Positions 62,833 through 64,000 of a stretch of 64,000 nucleotides of DNA are shown piece by piece. The translations under genes and the position numbers were made by a program. Origin of the DNA: Mobula birostris (taxonomy: Eukaryota); NCBI RefSeq assembly GCF_030028105.1, contig NC_092375.1, forward strand, positions 164,051,415-164,115,414, read 5' to 3'. Numbering within the stretch: position 1 is the stretch's first letter; each line of letters opens with the position of its first letter. Under the pieces are notes generated by a model. It was not told the origin of the DNA. It saw only the letters and a program-made list of their open reading frames with translations, and ran no database searches.

Positions 62833-64000
62833 TACACTAACTGTTATGTCACATATATGAAGCAGGAGTATGCTAGGAGATGGCTCTGGATTAAATTTAA
62901 TTTTTAAAGCTCCTCCTCTCTGTACCATTGATATCAATTTTTACTGCAAGCCATTGTTAGATTGTACTTTCCTAACCTTGGTGTGGAACTGTGTGTTTCA
63001 TGGTGCATTGAAAATAAAATTGACATTAAACTAAAATGAGGATAAAAATTGATTGATTGTTTTCTGGTAGATTTTCACAAGTGCATGGCAACTTAGCAAA
63101 AAAACAGAAGCTAATTTTAATTATTGTACAACCAGGGATAGTAAAAGCTAGGTGCAAGTTTAATCTGGTGTTATTTTTGACAGGGACTACAGACCGTAGG
63201 TGGGAAGTGCATGTTTTGGCAAAACATAAGGCCAACATTCAGGTGTGAATACAATTTAAAATTTAACAATGTATTCATCAACTTTATATATTCATGCAAT
63301 ACTGAAGAGAAATATTTCCTGCATTACAGCAAAAAAAACCTTCATGACATGATTGCATTTTAAAATCAATTGGACCTCATTAGAAATCATTGTCTTTTCC
63401 TTAAACTTCAAAATGGAAAATACAGAATTAATTATGTCTAGCTAAATTTATTATCATATGCACAAGTATACATATACACAGGTGCAGCAACATCACAAAC
63501 ATATTGCAGCATATAAGCAGAATTTACAAGGAAAACAAACAAGTTATACATATTTTAAAAGAACTTGATTAGAATTAAAAAATTTCACTTTAATGCAGAG
63601 TGTTCATAGTGTAGCTAAACTGTAGTGATTAGGGTTTTTTTGGTTGGGTGGACAAAATTGAATTCATGCTCCAGGCCACAAATTAAACAGAGGCCCTAGA
63701 AACAGAGAGTATTATAAATCATTTCAGAGATCCCTGCTGGTAAAAAGTTTGTTTATCAAAATCTAAGTATAAAAATACCACTTCCCTGTACCACATAAAA
63801 ATATCACTTCCTTCTACCATGTTATTTTACACTTTAGAATATGTTATTGCAGGAATAATTACCAGAATTGACATTTTTTTCTATAAGGTTGATACGAAGC
63901 TTTACTTTGAGTTGGCTATCAAAGCTGAACCCGGACAACAGTTAAAAAGATGATATTCCAGTGGTGAATTTGACAAAAATATTTATCTCCACTGATTAGT

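Noticed and set aside
63840-63900. TTATTGCAG acceptor-like site as the next ZNF385 exon
   Set aside because: No ZNF385-like peptide follows in any frame.

Overview
This is eukaryotic, non-coding, repeat-rich vertebrate DNA. The repeat spectrum (HER1-like CR1 LINEs, Rex1/Babar LINEs, V-SINE pieces, Penelope-type pLTR fragments) suggests a cartilaginous fish, probably a ray; that is inference, not a database result. The only host coding sequence I can support is one 297-bp exon (9083-9379, +) of a ZNF385-family matrin-type zinc-finger gene, so the window is essentially intronic. Roughly half is decayed, often nested transposable elements: many CR1 and Rex1 LINE fragments, a decayed Tc1 DNA transposon, a 1.24-kb gag-only Gypsy-type LTR element (tRNA-Trp PBS, PPT, ATTG TSD), a probable solo LTR spanning a 168-N gap, and SINE-like elements. 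The most notable signal is a dispersed family of about 0.2-0.3-kb fold-back retro-insertions, some with 13-16-bp target-site duplications, carrying a minimal type-I hammerhead ribozyme motif. One copy (25463-25500) has an intact catalytic core on the sense strand of the host pre-mRNA, paired against its own 101-bp inverted arm. Almost all short ORFs in the supplied track are TE remnants or noise. Family names come from recognition of motifs, and boundaries of old repeats are approximate.
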